Below the pieces are notes generated by a model, which worked only from the letters and a program-made list of their open reading frames with translations, ran no database searches and was not told the origin of the DNA. Source: Octopus sinensis (lineage: Eukaryota). Taken from it: DNA of 64,000 nucleotides. Shown here in pieces: positions 10,845-22,900 of the stretch (within the stretch, counting starts at the first letter, position 1; every line of letters begins with the position of its first letter). A program made the position numbers and the translations under genes. The stretch lies in NCBI RefSeq assembly GCF_006345805.1, contig NC_043002.1, positions 59,768,001 to 59,832,000 of the forward strand. The letters are read 5' to 3'.

Positions 10845-13548
10845 TTTTACTTTATCTAGTTTCAGCTCTCGAGCTGTGGCCATGCTGGGGCACCGCCATT
10901 TGGTGTTGCTACATGATTTTACTTCACGAATGCTTTTTAGCAACTGCCATTTGGTGCATGAGAGAGTTCGATGCAGCTGCCCTCATCTGCACCTCCTGCC
11001 GTGAAGTTGGTTCATCTGGAACACCTGACAGGAAGAGATCCAGTCCTACTTTAAAGACATCTGCATCCACCCCATGCAGGTCCCTCAGGTTCTTCGGGAG
11101 GATATTGAAGAGCTGTGGGCCTCTGAAGCCCAGGCTATCACAGTATCTTGTCCTACATCTTGATGGCAAATTTGGAGTCCTTGGCACCACGCAGTGGCGC
11201 CCAGTTCTGGTATTTGTGTAACTCTCGATGCCAAAGTTTGGGACAAGTCCTTCTAGGATCTTCCAGATGTATATTATCGCACATCTTTCTCGCCTACGCT
11301 CTAAGGAATAGAGTCTTAATCTCTTGAGTCTTTCCCGGTAGCTTATATGCTGCACAGAGGCTATCTTCTTCGTGTAGCTTCGTTGGATCGCCTCAAGTTC
11401 TGTAATCAACTTGACACTGGATGGTGACCATAGCTGAGAACAATAGTCAAAGTGGCTTAGGACAAGTGTCCTCCAGAGGACCATCATGGTTTCTTGGTCT
11501 CTTGTTCTAAAGGTTCTAAGAATCCATCCGGCCAGCCGCCTACATTTCATTGCCAATTTAGCAACATGTACATGAAAGATTGCGTCATCACTCATGTAAA
11601 TACCCATGTCACGCACTGATTGTGCCTCTGGGATTGCAATCCCTCCAGGTCCAGTGTATTCATTGGGTATTGCATTTAGTTTTGCATGCTGATAGCATAA
11701 AGCTTGAAACTTTTCAGCATTGAACTGCATGCTATTCTTTTCAGCCCACTTGTATATTTTGTCCAGCTCACATTGCAGGTGCTTAGTGTCTTCATGGTTC
11801 TGTATTGCCTGTGAAACTTTTGTATCATCTGCATAACTTGTGATCGTGGCTCTCTGCGTGGCTGAGAGCATGTCTGAGAGGGCCATTATGAACAGTAGTG
11901 GTCCCAAAACAGTGCCCTGCGGAACACCGCTCACTATTTGCGTGTTAATGGAAGTGGCCCCATTAGCTACTACCACCTGACTTCTATCCTTCAGAATGTC
12001 ATGAAGCCATTCTCCCAATTTTCCAACTACGCTAAGATCACGCAGTTTGTGACATATCATTCCATGATCGACTTTATCAAAGGCCCTTGCAAAGTCGAGA
12101 TATATCACTTCCACATTTGAGTGGTTGAGCAGTCGTTTCAGCACCCAGTCATAGTGTTGTAGGAGCTGAGTTAAGCAGCTTCTTCCTGGTCGGAAACCAT
12201 GTTGGGTGTCAGGCAGCAAGTCATTTTCTTCAAGGAAGGTGATTAGTTACCGTCTGACTATTCGTTCCATGACCTTGCTGATGTGTGAGGTCAGAGAGAT
12301 AGGTATGTAGTTCTTGACCTACGCTCTGCTACCTCCTTTATGAATAGGGCATATTTTACTTTCCTTCAGTTTTCTTGGAAGTTTGCCAGTTGCAAGGAAG
12401 CTCTGAAAGAGGAACTGCAGTGGTCTTGCTAGAACTCTCTTACATACTTTTAGAAGGATTGCTGGGAATCCATCGGGGCCAGTAGCTGAGTTTGTTTTCA
12501 TTTCATCTATAGCCTTTATTACATCGTCTTCCTTTATATTGATGTAATCAATCATCGCTGCCTCTGATTTTATATCTGCAGTGGTAAAGAAGTCAGTTGG
12601 ATTGCTGACTTGGAAATGCCCAAGGGGTGGAGTAAAAACACTCTTGAATTGCTCATTTAGTATTTCACTTACCCTCATTGATTTCCTGTGAGTGTACCAT
12701 CCTTTTCAAGGAGTGGCCCTATCCTACAATACACAGTAGCTATTTCTTTGGCATACCTGTAGAAAGCTCTGGGGTTAGATTTTATGTTGTCTATAGCCCA
12801 GGCTTCTTTGTCTGTTCTTTCTCTTTCATGGGAGAGTTGCAGACAGTTTTCAACTGCCAACAGTTTTATTTTCAGGCGGGACTTTTCACTGCTTTCAATT
12901 TGTTTGTTTAGGCGATTTGAAACTTTTGTACGCCGTCTCATTAGAATTTTCCTCTCTCTGGGGATTTTGTTCTTGTGTACAATGGCCTTTCTCTCTGGGA
13001 CACATTTGTAGCATATGGCTTGCATTACAGACATGAATTGTTGAAGTTTCATGTCGATGTCTGGCGAGGAGAGACATTCAGGCCAGTTTTGTTTGAGGAT
13101 TTCTTTCTTAATTTGTTTCCAGTTTGCCTTATGGAAGTTCAAGCTGGAAAGATTCTGAGAGTTTCTTGTAGGCTGCATGTCCATGCTTTCCTTTGGCCCG
13201 TACATGGTCTGCTCTACCATGTTGTGATCCGAGAGTAGTGTCGGTGTCACTTTCACATTATGGATGAGATCCATATTATTTGTGAAGCAGAGATACAGTA
13301 TGTTACCTGCCCTGGTTGGTTGGAGTATTACTTGCTCCATGTACAGGGTGTTGATGAGGTTCAGGAGGGACCTCGCCTGTCCTCGTTCACATCGTGTCAT
13401 TCCTGGGAGAGAAAGGTCCTCGGGCCATCTGACATTGGGTAGATTGAAGTCTCCCATAAGAAGTACACTTATGTGTTGTTCTAATGTGACTAGAACTTCT
13501 TCTATTTTTATAAGGCAGTCTTCAAACTTGCCTACATGGCTTGGGGCT
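10845..13548 (-). mobile_element. CR1-group LINE, 5'-truncated within the APE endonuclease, relatively young
   Basis: ORF segments 12675-13457 (MGDFNLP, SDHNMV endonuclease C-terminus and linker), 12319-12678 (ATGPDGFP) and 10924-12219 (RT); 3' tail ggcggtgccccagcatggccacagctcgagagctgaaactag plus (TAAA)n. Confidence 0.93.
10924..12219 (-). CDS. Reverse transcriptase segment of CR1-group LINE ORF2 (431 aa open, part of a frameshifted ORF2)
   Basis: QHGFRPGRSC, YLDFARAFDKVDH, SGVPQGTVLGPLLF, YADD motifs and C-terminal LYSLERRR. Confidence 0.85.
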   Translation of the reverse strand: MLPDTQHGFRPGRSCLTQLLQHYDWVLKRLLNHSNVEVIYLDFARAFDKVDHGMICHKLRDLSVVGKLGEWLHDILKDRSQVVVANGATSINTQIVSGVPQGTVLGPLLFIMALSDMLSATQRATITSYADDTKVSQAIQNHEDTKHLQCELDKIYKWAEKNSMQFNAEKFQALCYQHAKLNAIPNEYTGPGGIAIPEAQSVRDMGIYMSDDAIFHVHVAKLAMKCRRLAGWILRTFRTRDQETMMVLWRTLVLSHFDYCSQLWSPSSVKLITELEAIQRSYTKKIASVQHISYRERLKRLRLYSLERRRERCAIIYIWKILEGLVPNFGIESYTNTRTGRHCVVPRTPNLPSRCRTRYCDSLGFRGPQLFNILPKNLRDLHGVDADVFKVGLDLFLSGVPDEPTSRQEVQMRAAASNSLMHQMAVAKKHS

Positions 13549-13589
13549 ATCTATCTATCTATATTTATACGAAAACAAATGAGTTAAAT

Positions 13590-13865
13590 ACGAAAAAATT
13601 AGAGAAAAAATAGACAAGTAATGTAAAAAAAAAAGGTCCTTCATCAGTTGTCGGCTGTCTATCTACTCGCCATTTCGAGCAACGACAACATGAGTCTTCG
13701 AAGACAGTTGCTCCCATAAATTCCAAAATAATTTTGGATTTATAGGGAGTCAAATTTAGGAATATAAGACAGGTCAGTGGAGACACACAGGGTGACCGAA
13801 CGAAAACAAACATGGATGGGTAGTTAGACCTGAACGAGGGGAAAATAGTCAACGCTAAGAGATAT
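13590..13865. mobile_element. Putative PLE-related repeat (family P3)
   Basis: ttcatcagttgtc motif is shared with about 30395 and 43590; ttagacctgaacgagggg...aacgct.agaga is shared with 5762-5808 (minus). The PLE assignment is inference from CTGATGA/GAAA motifs. Confidence 0.45.
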
Positions 13866-14021
13866 TTTCTTTGAAAAGAGAAAAAGAAAGAAATATGGTC
13901 ATGTTAAGAAATATGGACGATGAAAGAGACAGAGTGGAGAGAGACAGAAAAAGGTGAAAGGGAGAAAAAGGGAATTAGAGAGGATAAGGAAAAACAGTGT
14001 AAAGTAGAGTCGCCTCTCTCA

Positions 14022-14207
14022 CCATCGCCTGGCAACCAATGTTTTTGTGTTTACGTACACGTAACATAGCGATTCGGCAAAAGATACCGATGACATAAGT
14101 ACTAGGCTTACAAAGAATATGTCTAGGAGTCGATTTGTTTGAAGAAAGCCGTTGCTCCAGCATGGCTGCTGTGAGATGACTGAAACAAATGAAAGAATAA
14201 AAGAATT
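14022..14207 (+). mobile_element. Family B SINE 3' module with CR1-like tail
   Basis: catcgcctggcaacc...cgattcggcaaaagataccga...tgctccagcatggctgctgtgagatgactgaaacaaatgaaaga. Confidence 0.75.
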
Positions 14208-15049
14208 AGTTTTTTTTCATTAGGAATGAAGGCGTAATTTTCTCTTATTTTTGCCAAAAGATACTTCATTTGATCGAAAAGATTTTTGACATTATGAAAA
14301 ATAATAATACCCTTTCCATCCAGGCTTAAATGTTTCTTTGATATATTATTTTATGCTTGTCACTATGCTATATCTAAACATTTGCAAAACATCATATTAT
14401 CACGAATGACCAATTACGTAAGTTCATCTGACATTTCAAAGTCTAAATAACTTTTTAAGTGCTTCGTTTCCAAATACATAACTTATTATATTTCAATCTT
14501 CCTTTCGAATGCTGCTTACTCCACATTGTTTTGCAAGACGATGTGTATATATATATGTGTTTTGTATATAAGTGTATGGTTAAAACCATTTTGATTCAAA
14601 CTCGTGGGCACTCCTGAGTATGAAGACTATCAACTCAAGAGTACCATCGAATATGAGTCAAACTAATTTGATCCATACGTTTAACTCCCAATAAATTCCT
14701 TGAGTGCCCTCCTTTCGTTTGTCCACTCATCGTACACATGCACACACACACACACGCACACACACACAGACACACACACACACCACACACACACACTCAC
14801 ACACTCTCACATATATATATAAAACAGAAAATGGAGAGTTGTTTCTGTAGTAGAAACAGCTGTTCGATGTGATGCAATCATTTTGTAAATTACTAATACA
14901 TGATAATTGATGCAAATATATTGTTCTTCATCAAATTTATTTCCATTTTCTGTTTCCTTTAAATTTTGATTCCAGATAAACTCCTGTTTATCCTAGTGTT
15001 CACCTATAATTTATGACCATAACATTTTTGCCCATTTTTAGATATAGAT

Positions 15050-15430
15050 AATCTACCCATAGTGACGAAGAGCTCCGCCCGAAACGTGAGATCCTCCTTT
15101 TTTCTTTCGTTTCCTGAGCGTCCAATAACACTATACTTATTCCACATTCTCGCGTTTTTGTGTTTTCTCTTTGTTCCTGTTTGGATTAACTATGTATATA
15201 TATATATATATATATATACATTCGAAGCTTTCTTCCGAGGGATCTAATGCGCTTGGCTTAGATTTCCCTTGGGGGCTGCCCAGATCGGAGCAATCTCAAG
15301 ATTAATCAGCCGAAATTGCGAAGATGATTTGGTTCTTGACTGATGACTGAGGGCTTCGAATGTCCCGTCCTGTGGTTCTTGTGTCGTCTCCTTGGTGTTT
15401 CACGTTCTTGTCCCAGTTTGTATTTATTTT
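15050..15430 (+). mobile_element. PLE-derived pseudo-LTR fragments separated by (TA)n
   Basis: Degenerate HHR-like gtgacgaagagctccgcccgaaacgt at about 15062; family X module (cagccgaaattgcgaagatga...ttgactgatga) repeated at about 29570, 37490 and inverted at about 36915. Confidence 0.55.
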
Positions 15431-15504
15431 TTACTGTTTACATATATATATATACATACACACACATATACTTATATGTATATTTTAGTTTTTTATTTTA
15501 TTAT

Positions 15505-16016
15505 ATCTAGTTTCAGCTCACGAGCTGTGGCCATGCTGGGGCACCGACATTTGGAGTTGCTACATAATTTTACTTCACGAAAAGCTTTTAGGAATCTCTC
15601 AGGGCCTTCGAGAGGATATTGAAGAGTTGTGGACCACTAGTCCTGGCTATTGCAGCATCTGTCCTACATTTTGATGGTAAATTTGAGTTCTTGGTAGTAT
15701 GCAGTGGCGCCCAGTTCTAGTATTTTGAAGACACCTACATCCACCCCATGCAGGTCTCTCAGGGCCATCGAGAGGATGTTGAAGATCTGTGGACCTCTGA
15801 AGGCCTGGCTATTGCTGCATTTTTTCCTACATATTGATGGTAAATTTGAAGTCCTAGTATTTGTGTAGCTCTCGATGCCAAAGATTAGGACAAGTCCCTC
15901 AAAGATCTTCCAGATGTATATTATGGCATATCTTTCTCGCCTACGCTCTAAGGAATAGAGTCTTAATCTCTTGAGTCTTTCCCTATAGCTTATATGCTGC
16001 ACAGAGACTATCTTCT

Positions 16017-16017
<1 letters not shown>
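15505..16017 (-). mobile_element. CR1-group LINE 3' fragment with internal duplication/rearrangement
   Basis: Matches 10855-10930 and 11040-11370; the ctctcagggcc..gaggat.ttgaag..tgtggacc block occurs twice. Confidence 0.85.
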
Positions 16018-16083
<66 letters not shown>

Positions 16084-16785
16084 GTGTGTGTGTGTGTATG
16101 TGTGTGTGTGTACAGAGGGAGTTATAGAGAAGAAAAAGCGAGAAATAAACAAAAAAGAAGTAAATAGATAGATAAATGGATAGATAGATATTTGATTGTG
16201 TGGACTCTTCACCAGTTGTCAAATATTTTTCAATCCAATTTCAATAATAGAAAAGAAGTCAAGAACCAGTAAATAATATAATACATTTTATACGTTAGTT
16301 TTTGAAATTTCTTTGCCTGATTAAAACACTATAAAACCAAGAAAAGGGACTGAATAGAACAGTTATGCACACACATAGGCAATACGGTATGCGTGTGTGT
16401 GTGTGTGTGTTTGTGTGAGTGTGTGCGTGCGTGTATGTGTGTGTGTACGTATATATGTGAATGTATATGTACGTATTTGTGTGTTCTGCGTAATAATCTT
16501 ACAATCAACGATCATATGAATATGTTTGTCTATGTGTGTGTACAACCCCATATTAAATACACACAGTCGCACACACAGTTTTATATATATATATATATAT
16601 ATTATATATAATATATATATGTATTTGTACGTATGTATGAATATATGTATATACGTATTTATATGCATATATAAATTTATGTATTACATATACATATGTA
16701 TATATAGATATTTATGTATGTATATACATATATTTAAATTTATATATGTATATAAGTATATATATATATGTATATATAAGTATAT

Positions 16786-16852
<67 letters not shown>

Positions 16853-18091
16853 CATAATTAATCAATATAGGGTGGCAAAAAGAATTTTGTAGAATTTTTT
16901 TGCCACCAGCGGCCTAGTGGGAAAAAATTAAATAGTCATAGACCATTTATAAGTTCAACATCACAATCAAGGAACGGCCATAATAGGCCATTCACCCACT
17001 AGAAATAACACCAAAGCTTCAACCGCAAAATAACATTAATTACGCAAACCAGGAGAAAATTAAAAAACATTTACCCTGTAATTTCTTATACGATACACCG
17101 TTTCATCTACTGTTTAATGGTAAACTAACCTGATTAAATTAAATCAAGCCAATCTTCCATAGGCCCTTAGATTCGTCAGTAAGAAATAGCCAGAACGGAA
17201 CAGATATTTTCACGAGGCATTTCTGTCCCTGCCTCGGCAATATCTGACCTAAAATTTTCAAATCATCGCACTCGCGCCAAATTTATCGGCAGCAAATAAA
17301 TATAAGCCGCCGATTCCATTACGGAATCAACCAGAAAATTCATAATTAATCAATATAGGGTGGCAAAAAAAATTTTGTAGAATTTTTTTGCCACCAGCGG
17401 CCTAGTGGGAAAAAATTAAATAGTCATAGACCATTTATAAGTTCAACATCACAATCAAGGAACGGCCATAATAGGCCATTCACCCACTAGAAATAACAGC
17501 CAAAGCTTCAACCGCAAAATAACATTAATTCCGCAAACCAGGAGAAAATTAAAAAACATTTACCCTGTAATTTCTTATACGATGCACCATTTCATCTACT
17601 GTTTAATGGTAAACTAACCTGATTAAATTAAATCAAGCCAATCTTCCATAGGCCCTTAGATTCGTCAGTAAGAAATAGCCAGAACGGAACAGATATTTTC
17701 ACGAGGCATTTCTGTCCCTGCCTCGGCAATATCTGACCTAAAATTTTCAAATCATCGCACTCGCGCCAAATTTATCGGCAGCAAATAAATATAAGCCGCC
17801 GATTCCATTACGGAATCAACCAGAAAATTCATAATTAATCAATATAGGGTGGCAATTAATCAATATAGGGTGACGAATCTAAGGGCCTATGGAAGATTGG
17901 CTTGATTTAATTTAATCAGGTTAGTTTACCATTAAACAGTAGATGAAACGGTGCATCGTATAAGAAATTACAGGGTAAATGTTTTTTAATTTTCTCCTGG
18001 TTTGCGGAATTAATGTTATTTTGCGGTTGAAGCTTTGGCTGTTATTTCTAGTGGGTGAATGGCCTATTATGGCCGTTCCTTGATTGTGATG
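16853..18091. repeat. 488/489-bp unit x2, partial third unit, and a 220-bp inverted copy, embedded in (TA)n
   Basis: Units start at 16853, 17341 and 17830 (cataattaatcaatatagggtggc); 17872-18091 is the reverse complement of 17448-17668; only a few mismatches. Confidence 0.92.
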
Positions 18092-19215
18092 ATATATATA
18101 TATACATATATAAATGCATACATTTAAATTTATATATGTATATAAGTATATATATATATATATATATCTATATAAATACAGTCAAACACACTACATGCTC
18201 ACACGTACAGACACAAACACAGTGTTGCACACGCACACATAGAAGCACTTTTATGTGTGCGTAATTTTCAATTTGTCCCATTTCATTCATCAAGAATGAG
18301 TGATTTTACTATAAATTTTAAAAAATATTTCAACAACAAAAAATTCTATTTCTAAACCACTTACCGCTTTGACAGTTGAAATACTCATCATTTAATTTTC
18401 TTGGATACAATTTATTCCCAAAATCTCACATTTCTATCTTTTCCCAACAAGCAATGACAAATTGCTACGACTATCAATCAAGTTTTATATATGTCCAATA
18501 ACGGACTCAAGATCTATTAGATTTTATTTGGTTGGAATTTCTCACAAAAATTTTAATATACTATTTGTGCATTTATTTTTTTCTTTTCAAATAATATGTT
18601 TTAGTATGTCACACAGATTTCCGCCACCCTAAACGAAGGATTTGTTGGCGCATAACAAGCAAGAACACTTGTAATATTTTTCATTTTCTTTAGTACCATA
18701 AATCTATCCTGCGGCTTGCGGTAATATGTACTTTTAATTTATATATATATATATATATATATAGTTAACCCAAACAAGAAAGCACAAAAAAGGTATTGGT
18801 GTCAGGAAGGTCCAAATGTATCGGTAAACGCTAAGTGCTATGTATACAATACCCACTTACATACATATCACCTCACGTTTACCTTCTCTCTACATTTTCT
18901 GTACCCAGCCCTGAATCACAACACCCCTATTCACAGCTCACACTATTTTACTCCTTACCTTCTCATCTCTTCCTCTCTCTTCCCCTAATTACTCCCCTCC
19001 TCCTATCACTTTATTCTCGCCACCAACAAACACACCCTTTCTCATTTCGTTCCCCCCTCTCTTGATTTCGTTTTTGTCTCCCTCCCTTCTGCTTATCTTT
19101 AGTGTATACATACATACATATAAATATATATATATATATACACATACATTTATACACACACACATATATATACACACACATATATATATTAACACACACA
19201 CATTTATATATATAT

Positions 19216-19257
<42 letters not shown>

Positions 19258-20101
19258 ATATATAATATATATTAGAAGGTTTGGAGATGATGTACAGGTA
19301 TTTTATATTAGAAGAGATGAGGTACTCAGAAATTCGGATGGTTTTATATTTACAGATATTTATTTGTATATTGCAAGTTTTATACATCATATGTCATATG
19401 TCATATATCACATAAAAGCGCTTTCGTCCATTCTAGTGAAGTTGTCAAATTGAACTAAGTTCTTGGAGAAAAGTTGTCTATTTTTATACTGTTATTGAGT
19501 GTGTTGTGGTGGAGAGAGATATAAGATAGTACAGGAGGGTGATGAATGGGGATAAAGTGAGAGAGAGCATGTGTGCGTGTGTGTGTCTGTGTTTTTGTAT
19601 CTGAAAGAGTTGTTAAAGAAAAAGAAGGAAAGGAAGAAAAGGGAGAGAAAGAAGAAACATTTTTTGCTGATCTTTGTAGCTGGTCAGGCTATTTCATCCA
19701 AGGGGCGGGGGGGGGGGCAAAATGTCACTTTTCCCAAAATTGTCTGGATTTCTTTTTTTTATCATTGTCTTGTGAGTGTGTGTATGTGTTTGTATCTGAA
19801 AGGGGTATTAAAAAAGAGAGTGAAATGACGAAGGAGAGAAATTTTGTTGATATTATTGCAGTTGGTAGGTTTGTCTATAATAATTCTTGGCTTATAGTGA
19901 TTGTAAATCCAGGTGTTTACTCCAAGGGGTCAAAAATGTCACTTTTAAAAATTTGTCTGGATTTCCTTCTATCATTGTCTTGTGAGTGTGTGTTTGTATG
20001 TGCATGTGTGTGTGGCTGTCTGCATACCTGAAAGGAGTTTTAAATTGGAAAACGTACATATATCTATATCTATATCAATATCTATCTATCTATCTATCTA
20101 A

Positions 20102-20181
<80 letters not shown>

Positions 20182-20192
20182 ATATATATATA

Positions 20193-20259
<67 letters not shown>

Positions 20260-20476
20260 TTGGAAAAAGAAAAAGAATGACTTCACTTGTAGTTCTAATC
20301 AGTTTAATTTGCCATTTTCTAATTTAAAATTTTTTTAATTATATAAATTTTAGTTCAAAGATCTATGAACTACAATTTATATCATTAAAAAATTGAACAA
20401 TTCAAATAATTAGAAAATAATAAATTAATCTGATTAGGACTACCAGTGAAGTCATTATTTTCCTTTTTATATCCAA
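20260..20476. mobile_element. Short foldback/MITE
   Basis: aagaatgacttcacttgtagttctaatcagtttaattt is inverted as aaattaatctgattaggactaccagtgaagtcattatt. Confidence 0.65.
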
Positions 20477-20501
20477 CTGTAACAATGACCTCACATATTT
20501 C

Positions 20502-20538
<37 letters not shown>

Positions 20539-20588
20539 GTATGTATATATCTATGTATGTATATATATATGTATGTATGTATTCACCG

Positions 20589-21178
20589 AATTAGGGAATG
20601 GAGTAGATAAGATCCAGTTTTCATATGCTTCATAGTTATGAGAACCTAGAAATTACGAATTATCGAATCGAGTAGTAATCCGCTGTCTACTAATCCGGCC
20701 AAAGTTACCTTAATAAAAGATCTCCTTTCCAACTAGAAATATTTTAATCTGACAACACCCCTACATCTTCTTTCAGTTTGACTCTGTTTAAATATATTTT
20801 CAGGGCGCCACAATATTTTACAGTAGGCCCGTAGATGACTTCAGCCTCCATTCACAAAAAATTCCCCCTTTGTTAGCTTCAATAAGGCCAAATTCACGTC
20901 CCCCGCTCCCTTCCCTTTTCGTAAACTTATTCTTTTTATTTACTCCGTACCTTATTTTGCTCCTTCATATGCTTTTCTCCCCAACCTCTATGCATCCCTC
21001 GCCTTTTCAACGGAATCTCCTGTGAGTTAACAAGGGCTCCCTTGAAAACGATATTAACTTGTTTTTGGGCCGATCACTTTTTAGCGGATTAATTCTCGTT
21101 AAGATAATTACTACTTCCGAGATTCTGCTAGCTATGAAGCATATGTGGACTGGAATTTATCTGCTCCATTCCCTAATT
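20589..21178. mobile_element. MITE with about 115-bp imperfect TIRs
   Basis: aattagggaatggagtagataagatccag...atatgcttcatag versus ctatgaagcatatgtggactggaatttatctgctccattccctaatt. Confidence 0.75.
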
Positions 21179-21649
21179 TGGGATTTTTATTCGCATACAC
21201 AGCAAACTCTGATGCTAACCGTAAGCTGTATAACAAACTTTTCAGATTATGAATCTTCAATATTGGAAACATTTACAACCTTCTACGTCAATAAACCACT
21301 GTTTCTCCTGAAAGTTTTTTTTAGACCTTCTATGGACTGCTCAAAGCTTACTGACTTCCTACAACTTGATCCATGTATACCTTTAATTACGTATAAATAC
21401 ATATAATTACATATATATGTAGCTGTCGGACTGGCAGTGTGAAGCGGCTGACCTCCCTTGTTCGAAGGTTATAATGGATACAGATCGTGTATCAATAGCT
21501 ATCTTAAGGCGGTGGCCTCATGGAGCTGACCAGCGGCAGCGATTATTCTTATATCTATAAGAATGCCATATTAATATGGCGATAACAATTAATTTCCAGT
21601 AAACGCTGCCGTAATCTCTTTTATAGAGACTTAGTAATTTTAATATTTC

Positions 21650-21730
<81 letters not shown>

Positions 21731-21759
21731 CATACATACATACATATATATAGATGTGT

Positions 21760-21963
21760 GTGGTGAAGGCGTATGGCTCAGTGGTTAGAGCGTCGAACTT
21801 ACAATCGTGAGGTTGTGAGTTCGAATCCCGGACCAGGCTACGTGTTGTGTTCTTGAGCAAGACATTTTATTTCACGTTGCTCCAGTTCACTCAGCCGTAG
21901 AAATGAGTTGCGACATCACTGGTGCCAAGCTGTATCAGCCACTTTGCCTCTCCCTTGGATAAC
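21760..21963 (+). mobile_element. tRNA-derived CORE SINE (family D)
   Basis: A box tggctcagtgg, B box gagttcgaatcc, then a CORE-like gtgttcttgagcaagacattttatttcacgttgctccag. Confidence 0.82.
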
Positions 21964-22429
21964 ATATATTAAGCAAGGAAAGATTTCTACATATGGTATT
22001 ATCTTTTATCTGTTACATATTTCATTCATCACAACGCAATTAGTCGAATGAATCTACCCTTCTACAGTTTTTGTAAAACATGCCACTTATTCTCTTGAAT
22101 TGTTTTGTCGAACGATGTGAATCGTTGCTGTGAGATATAAACACAGGCACAAAGGCACACACACATACATATACACACGCACACACACAAACATACAGAT
22201 AGACATGCGCGCACCCCACACAGTTATATATAAATGTGTATATATATATACGATGGGATTCTTTCAGTTTCCGCCTACCAAACTCACTCAGAAAGATTTT
22301 GTCGGTCCCAGGCTATCGTAGAAGACACTTGCCCAAGCTGCCACACAGAGGAACTGAAAACAGACGCCCGAGGTTGGGTTGCAACAAGTTTCTTACCACA
22401 ATGCTTCTTGAAGACCTGACAGCTCCTCT

Positions 22430-22900
22430 ATGTCTAGGACGGAAACCACTCTGTTCTTCAGCCAGGTTGGTCTCGACAGTTCTCCTACTTCAGTTTTCCA
22501 GACACATAGACTACACTTTCCTGGAGGGTCTCTATAAGGAGTTTCCTCTATAATCTAGAGCACCCTCTCCTCTCCCTTCGCTGCTTTGGTGTCTTTACAG
22601 AGGTCCAATCCACTTGTGATTAGATTGTCAAAGGAAAGAATCACCAGACAGATTCTTCAAGCCGAGCTATACAATGGGAAACCTAGAGTTAAACTAAGAA
22701 AGAGACGGTTATATAATATCGATAGTTCCTTAGAAATTCAACGGGAAAGTACAGCGGCGCTTGGCTCTATTAGGTCGCTATCTCCAGTTCTCTTCCAGGC
22801 TTCCGTAAATACTGGACTGATAAAATGGATGGATGAACCATTACGCCATTATTGCAACAAGCACATCCTTGTACACGTAGCTAGGTGTCTAAGACCCTCC
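22430..22900 (+). mobile_element. RTE-clade LINE C-terminal fragment
   Basis: VIRLSKERITRQILQAELYNGKPR resembles the RTE C-terminal W.GHV.R..R..K..L..EL..G.R motif. Confidence 0.6.

Noticed and set aside
13645-13700. GAAA...CTGATGA arrangement in family P3 (also about 30395 and 43590) as a type II/III hammerhead
   Set aside because: I could not build stems I and III with an NUH triplet; left as a possible PLE repeat only.
15335-15370. CTGANGA...GAAT motif in family X copies (also 29695 and 37620)
   Set aside because: It has GAAU instead of GAAA and no consistent stem II or III; not called a ribozyme.
17160-17185. CTGACGA on the minus strand of the 488-bp unit as a hammerhead core
   Set aside because: A possible stem II follows, but there is no GAAA or stem III.
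19560-20040. Roughly 200-bp imperfect tandem duplication
   Set aside because: Old, low-complexity local duplication with no additional structure.
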